From Armatimonadota bacterium (GTDB taxonomy: Bacteria > Armatimonadota > Zipacnadia > Zipacnadales > UBA5352), in the NCBI GenBank assembly GCA_034722055.1, contig JAYENL010000281.1:1-59209 (forward strand): DNA of 59,209 nucleotides, read 5' to 3'. The notes under the pieces were generated by a model that worked only from the letters and a program-made list of their open reading frames with translations, had not been told where the DNA came from and did not search any database. Shown here piece by piece: positions 48,554 through 56,675 of this stretch (position 1 is the stretch's first letter; the number at the start of each line of letters is the position of its first letter). A program made the translations under genes and the position numbers.

Positions 48554-49522
48554 ATGAGCGAGAGGATAGCGATGCAGGACCTTATCATCGAGCAGTTGCC
48601 CCAGGTCGATGAGCCAGTGATGGTGATGGGCCTGAGCGGCTGGATGGACGGCGGTAACGTGTCCACGGGCACCATCGGCTATTTGCGGGAGCGACTCGCG
48701 GCCACCCGATTCGCGCAGATCGATCCGCTGGACTTCTACGTCTACAACTTTCCGGTCTCCAGCATCCCCATCTCAGTCTACCTCGAGGACGACCGCGCGG
48801 TGGTGGCACCTGTCAACCCCATGGAGTTGGCGGCCGTCTTCCGGCCGCACTGCGAGATCAAGGACGGCGTGATCGAGGAGATGGTCTATCCCGAGAACGA
48901 CTTCTACGTGGCGGAGGAGGAGAATCTGGTCCTGTTCCAGGGCGAGGAGCCGCACCTGCGGTGGGGCGCGTGGTGTGACTGCATCTTCGGCCTCGCCGAG
49001 GAGCTGGGCATCACACAGCTCTGGTTCGTGGGCAGCGTGGCGGCGCCCATCCCGCACACCCGGGAGCCGCGCGTGAGCGCCAGCGTCTCCGAGCCCGAGC
49101 TCAAGGAGGGTCTGGAGCAGCACGGGATCGGCTTCGGGGAGTACGAGGGGCCGGCGAGCGTCATCACCTCCCTGGCCTGGCACTCTGTGCCGGCCGGCAT
49201 CAAGGTGCGCAGCCTGGTGGCGGAGGTGCCCCACTACCCGTTCCTGGAGATGCCCACCTATCCCGCGAGCATCCTCAGGATCGTCTCGGCGCTCAACGAC
49301 ATCCTGGGTCTGGACATTGAGCTGGCCGACCTCCGGGCCTCGGCGGAGGTGGCGAGGAGCAAGCTCAACGAGGTCATGAAGGAGAACGACCGGTTCCGGG
49401 AGCTGGTGGCGAAGCTCGAGGAGGCCTACGACTACCAGGAGTCGGAGGCGGACGAGGAGCTGCTGCGCCGCCTCATCGACAGCGTTGACCTGGAGGGAGG
49501 GGACTGGCAGGCGGAAGAGTAG
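48554..49522 (+). CDS. PAC2 family protein
   Basis: GLSGWMDGG, GEEPHLRW, PHTR, YEGP.S, A.VPHY, V.KLE..YD. Confidence 0.85.
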   Translation: MSERIAMQDLIIEQLPQVDEPVMVMGLSGWMDGGNVSTGTIGYLRERLAATRFAQIDPLDFYVYNFPVSSIPISVYLEDDRAVVAPVNPMELAAVFRPHCEIKDGVIEEMVYPENDFYVAEEENLVLFQGEEPHLRWGAWCDCIFGLAEELGITQLWFVGSVAAPIPHTREPRVSASVSEPELKEGLEQHGIGFGEYEGPASVITSLAWHSVPAGIKVRSLVAEVPHYPFLEMPTYPASILRIVSALNDILGLDIELADLRASAEVARSKLNEVMKENDRFRELVAKLEEAYDYQESEADEELLRRLIDSVDLEGGDWQAEE

Positions 49523-49540
49523 GCCTGCCGGGGAGCGCAG

Positions 49541-50308
49541 ATGTCAGATATCCCGGCTGTTGAGCTTCGCGACGTGACCTTCTCCTATGACGGGGCGCCA
49601 GTGCTCGAGGATGTGACCTTCACCGTTCCGGAGCTGGACTTCGTGGGCATCGTGGGCCCCAACGGTGGGGGCAAGACCACGCTGCTGAAGCTGATGCTGG
49701 GGCTGCTGGAGCCCGATGCCGGCTCCGTGCGGGTGTTCGGCGGCTCCCCCGAGGAGATGGCCCGGCGGGTGGGGTACGTGCCGCAGAACTTCCAGTATCC
49801 CCGGGGCTTCCCCATCACCGTGCGCGACGTGGTGCTCATGGGCCGGCTGGGCCGGGACAGTGGCCTGGGTCCGTTCGTAGGCCGCGACGTCACCGAGCTC
49901 TCGGAGGTCCTGGCGACCGTGGGCCTGGAGGGGATGGAGCGCCACGTATTCGCTGAGATGTCGGGCGGCCAGCAGCAGCGGGCGCTGATAGCCCGCGCGC
50001 TGCTGGTGGAGCCGGACATGCTGATACTCGACGAGCCGACCGCGGACCTGGATGTGGCGGCCGAGCGCGAGATCTGGCGGCTGTTGCAGGAGCTGAACGC
50101 CACCACCACCGTGATCCTGGTCACCCACGACCTGGGCTTCGTCTCCGACGTGGTCAAGAGCGTGCTGTGTGTCAACCGCCAGGTGCGCCGCCACCCGACC
50201 ACGGAGATCAGCGAGATCACCGGCGAGCTGCTGGAGGGGATGTACGGGAGCGACCTGCGGGTGGTGCGGCACGATCAGACGTCGGATGGCGGCGACTGCT
50301 TTGAGTGA
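49541..50308 (+). CDS. znuC: Zn/Mn ABC transporter ATP-binding protein
   Basis: GPNGGGKTT, GYVPQ, FPITV.DVV.MGR, MSGGQQQR, LDEPT, VTHD, LC.N. Confidence 0.88.
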   Translation: MSDIPAVELRDVTFSYDGAPVLEDVTFTVPELDFVGIVGPNGGGKTTLLKLMLGLLEPDAGSVRVFGGSPEEMARRVGYVPQNFQYPRGFPITVRDVVLMGRLGRDSGLGPFVGRDVTELSEVLATVGLEGMERHVFAEMSGGQQQRALIARALLVEPDMLILDEPTADLDVAAEREIWRLLQELNATTTVILVTHDLGFVSDVVKSVLCVNRQVRRHPTTEISEITGELLEGMYGSDLRVVRHDQTSDGGDCFE

Positions 50309-51164
50309 GTTTGTGCAGGCGCTGGGCGAGCACGCCTTCCTCCGCTACGCGGTGGCCGCCGGCCTGCTCTCCAGCGTGGCCTGCGGGGTGGTGGGCAGCT
50401 ACGTGGCCGCCCGGCGCATCACCTACATCGCCGGCGGCATCGCCCACAGCGTGCTGGCCGGGCTGGGAGCGGCCCGCTACCTGCAGGTGACCGCCGGCTG
50501 GCAGTGGCTGCGGCCCATGTACGGGGCGCTGGTGGCGGCGGTGCTCGCGGCCGCCATCATCGGCGTGGTGAGCATTCGCTGGCGGGAGAGCGAGGACACT
50601 GCCATCAGCGCCATCTGGGCCATCGGCATGGCGGTGGGCGTGTTGTTCATCTGGCGCACGCCCGGCTACGCCGAGAACCTGATGAGCTACCTGTTCGGCA
50701 ACATCCTGATGGTCACCCCTCAGAACCTGTGGCTGATCGCCGGCCTGGATGCGCTGGTGGTGGCGCTGGGACTGGGCTTCTACAAGCAGCTTCTGGCCAT
50801 CAGCTTCGATGAGGAGTTCGCGCGCCTGCGGGGGGTGAACGTGGAGCTGTTCTACCTGTTGCTGCTGTGCCTGACGGCGCTGACGGTGGTGCTGCTGGTG
50901 ATGGTGGTGGGGCTGGTGATGGTGATCGCACTGCTGACGCTGCCGGTGGCGGTGGCGGGACGCTTCTCCCGCTCGCTGTGGCAGGTGATGATCGTAGCGG
51001 CGGTGCTGGCGGCGCTGTTTACTGTCGTAGGGCTGGGCGCCAGCTACGGCCTGGACCTCCCCGCGGGCGCCACCATCATCGTCATCACGGGCGCGGTCTA
51101 CCTGCTGGTCACCGCCGGCGCCGGGCTGGCGACCACCCTCCGCAGAGCCCGCGCCGCTGCATAG
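50301..51164 (+). CDS. znuB: Zn/Mn ABC transporter permease
   Basis: GIAHS.L.G, SYLFGNIL, SFDEEFA, VGL.MVIALLT.P, DLPAGATI. TTG start overlaps znuC. Confidence 0.88.
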   Translation: MSEFVQALGEHAFLRYAVAAGLLSSVACGVVGSYVAARRITYIAGGIAHSVLAGLGAARYLQVTAGWQWLRPMYGALVAAVLAAAIIGVVSIRWRESEDTAISAIWAIGMAVGVLFIWRTPGYAENLMSYLFGNILMVTPQNLWLIAGLDALVVALGLGFYKQLLAISFDEEFARLRGVNVELFYLLLLCLTALTVVLLVMVVGLVMVIALLTLPVAVAGRFSRSLWQVMIVAAVLAALFTVVGLGASYGLDLPAGATIIVITGAVYLLVTAGAGLATTLRRARAAA

Positions 51165-51168
51165 CCCC

Positions 51169-52431
51169 TCACGCCCGGCTGGTGTACCACTCGCTGACCT
51201 TGCGCAGGCCGCGCAGGATGTCCCCGACGTCCTCCATGGTGTAGCCCTCGTTCCAGGAGCACGTCCAGGTGTTCTCCATGGCCCAGTTGGTGCCGGGGTA
51301 GTCCTGCAGGCGGTACTCCACCCTCCGGCCGTAGGGCGGCTCCCACGGGAAGTCCCCGGTGCCGTAGGCGGCATAGTTTTGGAAGGCCGGGAGCATGCAG
51401 ATGGGCTCGCCCCGAGCGGCCCCGCGGCCGAAGGGCAGCCCCTCCGCGCTGATGGCCCGGCTGAAGGTCGCTGCGTCGATGCCCAGGACCTCCTCATCGA
51501 TGGTGAAGATCACCCGCCACCAGGTGTGCGTGGCCTTGGGGTGGACCCTGGCGGGGATGATGCCGTCGATGTCGCAGATGCCGGCCATCAGGGCCTCGGC
51601 GGTCATCGTGCGCCGCTCGATGATGCTGTCGAGCTTGCGGACCTGCGCCAGCGCCACCGCCCCCACCAGCTCGGTCATGCGGTAGTTCATGCCGATGCGG
51701 TCGGGCTTGCGGCCCTCGCCGGAGCGGTCGTAGTACTTGTCGTGGAAGCGGTAGGCCTCATCAGCCAGGTCGTCGTCATCACAGACCACGATGCCTCCAT
51801 CGCCGGTGGTAATCTGCTTGCTCTGCTGCAGGGAGAAGCAGCCGAAGTGCCCGAAGGTGCCCACATCCCGGCCATCCCACGTCGCGTCATGCGACTGGGC
51901 GCAGTCCTCGATCAGATACAGGTCGTGCTCCTGCACGATGCGCATGATCTCATCCATGTTGCAGGGCTGGCCCAGCAGATGCACCACCATCAGCGCGCGG
52001 GTCCGCTCGGTGATGCGCTCCTCGATGCCGGCCGGATCGAGCAGCATGGTCTCGGGCTCCACATCGGCGAAGACCGGGATGCAGTTGCACTGCACGATGG
52101 CGATGACCGAGCCCATGTCGGTGACCGGCGAGGTGATGACCTCGTCGCCGACCTCCAGGTGCAGCGCCCCCATGGCCGTGTGCAGCGCGGCGGTGCCGGA
52201 GCTGACCGCACAGGCGTGCCTGGAGCCGTGCCGCTGCGCGAACTCGGCCTCGAACTGCTTGACCATGGAGCCGTACTGATACCCAAGGCTCCCGGACTCG
52301 ATGACCTGGCGCAACAGCTCCATCTCGTCCTCGCCGAAGTCGCGCCCGGAGGCGTTCGCGATGGTCGGCCAGGGATTCTCGGCAGTGTCGCGCGTCTTTG
52401 GTCCGCCGTTGATGGCCAGCTCCTCGCTCAT
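51169..52431 (-). CDS. DegT/DnrJ/EryC1/StrS family PLP-dependent aminotransferase
   Basis: SSGTAALH, GDEVI, IEDCAQS, FSLQQSKQITTGDGG, NYRMTE. Confidence 0.92.
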   Translation of the reverse strand: MSEELAINGGPKTRDTAENPWPTIANASGRDFGEDEMELLRQVIESGSLGYQYGSMVKQFEAEFAQRHGSRHACAVSSGTAALHTAMGALHLEVGDEVITSPVTDMGSVIAIVQCNCIPVFADVEPETMLLDPAGIEERITERTRALMVVHLLGQPCNMDEIMRIVQEHDLYLIEDCAQSHDATWDGRDVGTFGHFGCFSLQQSKQITTGDGGIVVCDDDDLADEAYRFHDKYYDRSGEGRKPDRIGMNYRMTELVGAVALAQVRKLDSIIERRTMTAEALMAGICDIDGIIPARVHPKATHTWWRVIFTIDEEVLGIDAATFSRAISAEGLPFGRGAARGEPICMLPAFQNYAAYGTGDFPWEPPYGRRVEYRLQDYPGTNWAMENTWTCSWNEGYTMEDVGDILRGLRKVSEWYTSRA

Positions 52432-52597
52432 CGTTAGCCCTCCACGTGGAGTCTCTGCTGGTCGTCCCGCGGCTGGAAGGGGTCAGAGGCACCTTCGCCC
52501 TGACTGCACCCCGGACCTGCTGTGACCGGAAGAGGGAGGGGCGTGCCCGACAGGGAAGTGACGTGCGACGACCATCCCACACGATGGAGCGTCCGAC

Positions 52598-55500
52598 ATG
52601 ACTACGATGAGGACTCTTCTGCCGCTGATCTGCATGGCCGGGCTGGCTCTGCTTCCCTTGACCGGCCTGTGGGCCGCCGACTACCCCCGGGAGGGCCAGC
52701 TTCTGACCAACCCCGGATTCGAGCTCGACGAGGACGAGGATGGCCTCCCGGATGGCTGGGACACCAGCACCGACCGGGCCGTGCGGCGGGAGAGCGTGTT
52801 CATGGGCGGCAACTACGAGCTGGCCTCGGTCGGCGACACCTATGTGCTGGCGACGCAGGACATCGAGCTGGAGCCGGGCGAGACCTACACCGTCAGCTTC
52901 CGGGCGCGCGGAACCGGACCGGGCCTGGCGGGGGCACTGATCGTGCACGGCGAGGAGCAGCCGGTGCGAGAGATGCCTCTGATGTGGAAGGTGGCGGTGG
53001 ACGAGGAGTACGCTGAGTTCGGCCGGGCGTTCACCGCGCCGAATCCGGTCGCGAGGCTCTACATCTACAACGTGGCCAAGGAGGGCGAGGTGGCCTATGA
53101 CTGGGTGTCGCTGACGAAGGGCGAGCCCACTCGCGTGTATCTGAACAGCTTCGACTTCGGCGAGCGCGACACGCCCGATGAGGAGCCCGTGGTGCGAGAG
53201 CACACGAAGTGGGCCACGCCCCTGGCGGGCGGACCCGTGCGCGCCCTGTTCTCGATCTACGTCTACCGCACCGTGCGCGAGGTCGTGGAGCTGGCGCAGC
53301 GCTTCGAGATGGACTACGACATCATCGAAGGCGGGTACACAGGCGACTCCCTGTGCTCGCCCGATGGCAGGCGCGTAATGCGCACCATGGACGAGGACGG
53401 CTACGAGGTCTACGTCATCGCCAGCAAGCTGGATGAGCGCTTGGAGGAGGAGATCCGCGCCAAGGTGGAGGCGGGCGCGGGGCTGGTGGTGATCTCAGGC
53501 TTCGGGCGGTTGGGCAACTACTGCGAGAGGGAAGCGCTGGAGGTCGTCGATGCCGACCACTACCTGATGCGCGAGCTCCCGTGGGAGTACATGCCCGCGC
53601 ATATCCTCAACGAGGTGCGCGTGGGGCGGATCGGCGAGGGGCGCGTGGTGTGGCTGAGCTTCCCGACGGATGTCTCGCGCGTGTGGGGCGTCCAGCCGGT
53701 GGAGACCAGCCACGAGGCCTACATGAGCCGGGAGATGCGCTACTGGGAGTACTGGTACGCCTTCGTCGCCCGCGCGATCCACTACGCCGCGCGGGGGGAC
53801 TTGGGGGCATCGCTGTCACTGGCGGCGGATGAGGCCGGCGTTGTGGTGGCCGGCGCGCCGGAGGGATCGACGGTTGACGTCACCGTGCGGCACACCCGCG
53901 AGCTGCGCTGGGGCGAAGACGACCTCTCCTACCCCACGGGGGCGGCAGCAGTTGATGGACCGGTTCAGCTCGACATTCCTCCTGGTGCGCCGGAGGGCAA
54001 CGTGATCGCCGACGCCGTGGTCCGTGACGGCGACGGTGGGGCCCTGCACTGGGGCGGCGTCGCGGTTGACAGGCCTCAGACGTCGGAGATCACCGCCATT
54101 GAGCTCGACCAGGAGGTCTACGAGCCGGGAGAGGCGGTTGTGGTGACCGTGGGATGCGAGCCGGAGCCGCCGCAGCGTGCGACGCTCGAGGTCCGTCTGG
54201 TGGACGGCTGGGGCCGGGTCGTGGCCGCGGCAAACGCGGAGGCGGCGGGCGCGCGCCAGTTGGGGCTGGAGCCACCCAGGCAGTGGCTGCTCACCGCCGG
54301 CCACAAGCTCTTCGTCAAGCTCATGCTGGACGGCCGGGAGATCGACTCCGCGTGGACGGACGTCTACTTCCCGGCCATCGGTAACGAGGCGCCGCTGCGG
54401 GACTGGCACGTGAGCACCTGGGGCGACGGCTTCACGAACCCGGTCGTCAGCCAGCAGTACTCCGCGATGCTGATGGAGCTGGGGCTCAATGGGAAGTTCG
54501 GAAGCTGGGCGTACGCGACGGCTGAGACCCCGTTGATCCCGGGCATTCACTCGCACGCCGGTCGGCCGTTCACGAGTCGCGCCACGGTCGAGGACGGCGC
54601 GCGCGTGCCCTGCCTGAGCAACCCGGAGGTCATCGAGCAGTACACCACCGAGGCGGCCGAGGAGGCGCGCGAGAGCCGCCACCTGGGAATCTTCGCGGTG
54701 AACGTGCATGATGAGGCCACGCTCACCAGCCGCCACGAGCGCCGCGAGGTCTGCTTCAGTCAGTGGTGCCAGGCGCGCTACCGGGAGTGGCTGCGCGACC
54801 TCTACGGCGACATCGGCGCGCTCAACGCGCAGTGGGGGACGGACTACGGGGACTTCGACGAGATCACCGGCGCCACCACCGAGGACGTGCGCGGGACCGG
54901 CAACTTCGCGCCCTTCGTGGACTTCCGCACCTTCATGACCGATGTGTGGGTGGATGGGATGCGGCGGATCACGGCCGCCTACGAGGAGGGCTGGCCTGGC
55001 ATCCGGGTGGGGCACACCAACACCTTCGGCGCCATGCCCACCAACGGCAACGACTACTGGAAGCTGTGCACTCAGACCGGCTTCGAGTGGGCGCAGGAGT
55101 ACTCCGAGGCCATCAAGGGCACCGCCCACAAGGCCGTCTTCGAGCTGTGGCGGAGCTTCCTGCAGGGCCGCACCGGCGAGGACTTCCCCAACTACGGCTG
55201 GATCGGCTACAACCACAGCCACGAGGCGGTCACCTACGAGCCGTGGTGGCTGGCCTTCCACGACAGCGGCGGCACCACCTACTTCGCGACGAACGCCGTC
55301 TCGCCCGAACGGGGCAAGTCCTGGGCGCTGGTCTATCCCACGCAGGCCTTCACGCCCTACTCGCGCGACGTCGCCGACACCATCCGCGACCTGCGCGAGG
55401 GCGTGGGCAAGGCGCTGCTGGAGGGCCGGCGCGCGGATCCGCAGGTCGCCATCCTGTGGTCGCACCCGAGCATGCTGGTGGCGTGGTGCGAGTCCGAGTG

Positions 55501-56626
55501 GACGCAGCCGGTGCCCCCGGAGACGGAGGTCGATGACTCCTATGGGAGCTACTTCAAGTCCGCGTTCTACTTCCGCCTGGCCCTGCAGGAGCTGCAGCTC
55601 ACGTACAACTACGTTGCGCCGCAGCAGGTCCTGGAGGGTGAGCTGAGCCGCTACACGGTGCTCTTCCTGCCCTTTACCTGTGCCATCTCCGACGAGCTTG
55701 CCGATGCGCTGATGGAGTGGGTCGAGGACGGCGGGACGCTGGTCGCCGACATGCGCCTGGCGGTCACCGACGAGCACGGGAGCCCTCGCGACGGGGACTT
55801 GCTGGAGCGGCTGATGGGCGTGGCGCGGACGCAGCCGGGGGCGGTCTATGAGCTGGCGGAGCTGACGGGGCCCGGCGGGGCCAGCTTTGAGACCTCGGCG
55901 CGGGAGATGATCGAGCCGATAGGGGGAGCGCAGTCGGACGCCTTCTACGCCGACGGCTCGCCGGCGGTCATCTTCCGCGAGGTGGGGGAGGGGCGGACCA
56001 TCTACTTCAACTGCCTGCTGCCGAAGTACGACCCGGTTGCGGTGGAGATGGTCGGGGAGCTGCTGGGGGAGGCGGGCGTCGAGCGCCGCGTGATCGTGGA
56101 CAGTGGCGACCCGGAGAATCCCGCCCGGGCCTGGGAGTGCGCGCGGTACGAGCTGGGCGAGGCGGAGATCGTGGGCCTGATCCGCGATCACCGGCTCGCC
56201 GAGGAGCCGCAGACCTGCACCGTGAGGCTGGATCGCGAGGCCCACGTCTACGACATGCGTGGTCGCACGAGCCTGGGACGCACGGACTCCTTCGAGGCGA
56301 CGCTCGCGCCCGGCGAGGCCGGCGCGTGGGCGCTGCTGCCCTACCAGGTGACGGGGATACAGGTCGCGGGCGCGGCCAACGAGATGCGGCTGACGGTGCA
56401 GGCGGACGCCGAGGTCGGCGACCATGTGCTGCACATCAGCGTCAGTGACCCGGAGGGCCGCGCCCGGCCGGCCTACAGTCGCAACGTCCTCGCACGCAAC
56501 GGGGTGGCGGACGTGCGCATTCCGCTGGCGCTTAATGACCCGCCGGGCGAGTGGACCGTGACCGCGCGCGACGTGCTGTCAGGCCGGACACTGCAGACCA
56601 GCTTCGCATGGAGCCCGGAGCAGTAG
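52598..56626 (+). CDS. Large secreted protein: CBM-like N-terminus, GH42/beta-galactosidase-like catalytic and trimerization domains
   Basis: NPGFE, HTKWATPLAGGP, CFS..C...YR.WL...YG.I..LN..WGT, VAIL.S, WV..GG.LVAD, ALNDPPG.W. Confidence 0.75.
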   Translation: MTTMRTLLPLICMAGLALLPLTGLWAADYPREGQLLTNPGFELDEDEDGLPDGWDTSTDRAVRRESVFMGGNYELASVGDTYVLATQDIELEPGETYTVSFRARGTGPGLAGALIVHGEEQPVREMPLMWKVAVDEEYAEFGRAFTAPNPVARLYIYNVAKEGEVAYDWVSLTKGEPTRVYLNSFDFGERDTPDEEPVVREHTKWATPLAGGPVRALFSIYVYRTVREVVELAQRFEMDYDIIEGGYTGDSLCSPDGRRVMRTMDEDGYEVYVIASKLDERLEEEIRAKVEAGAGLVVISGFGRLGNYCEREALEVVDADHYLMRELPWEYMPAHILNEVRVGRIGEGRVVWLSFPTDVSRVWGVQPVETSHEAYMSREMRYWEYWYAFVARAIHYAARGDLGASLSLAADEAGVVVAGAPEGSTVDVTVRHTRELRWGEDDLSYPTGAAAVDGPVQLDIPPGAPEGNVIADAVVRDGDGGALHWGGVAVDRPQTSEITAIELDQEVYEPGEAVVVTVGCEPEPPQRATLEVRLVDGWGRVVAAANAEAAGARQLGLEPPRQWLLTAGHKLFVKLMLDGREIDSAWTDVYFPAIGNEAPLRDWHVSTWGDGFTNPVVSQQYSAMLMELGLNGKFGSWAYATAETPLIPGIHSHAGRPFTSRATVEDGARVPCLSNPEVIEQYTTEAAEEARESRHLGIFAVNVHDEATLTSRHERREVCFSQWCQARYREWLRDLYGDIGALNAQWGTDYGDFDEITGATTEDVRGTGNFAPFVDFRTFMTDVWVDGMRRITAAYEEGWPGIRVGHTNTFGAMPTNGNDYWKLCTQTGFEWAQEYSEAIKGTAHKAVFELWRSFLQGRTGEDFPNYGWIGYNHSHEAVTYEPWWLAFHDSGGTTYFATNAVSPERGKSWALVYPTQAFTPYSRDVADTIRDLREGVGKALLEGRRADPQVAILWSHPSMLVAWCESEWTQPVPPETEVDDSYGSYFKSAFYFRLALQELQLTYNYVAPQQVLEGELSRYTVLFLPFTCAISDELADALMEWVEDGGTLVADMRLAVTDEHGSPRDGDLLERLMGVARTQPGAVYELAELTGPGGASFETSAREMIEPIGGAQSDAFYADGSPAVIFREVGEGRTIYFNCLLPKYDPVAVEMVGELLGEAGVERRVIVDSGDPENPARAWECARYELGEAEIVGLIRDHRLAEEPQTCTVRLDREAHVYDMRGRTSLGRTDSFEATLAPGEAGAWALLPYQVTGIQVAGAANEMRLTVQADAEVGDHVLHISVSDPEGRARPAYSRNVLARNGVADVRIPLALNDPPGEWTVTARDVLSGRTLQTSFAWSPEQ

Positions 56627-56675
56627 CGCCGCTCCCGGGCTTCGCAAGCCGCTACCGAGGTGAGCCACTGTGACG

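Noticed and set aside
26569..56626. Many genes end in G-TAG next to REP-like sequence, suggesting REPs target or supply stop codons
   Set aside because: G at third codon positions and TAG stops are both common here. It cannot be separated from chance without statistics.
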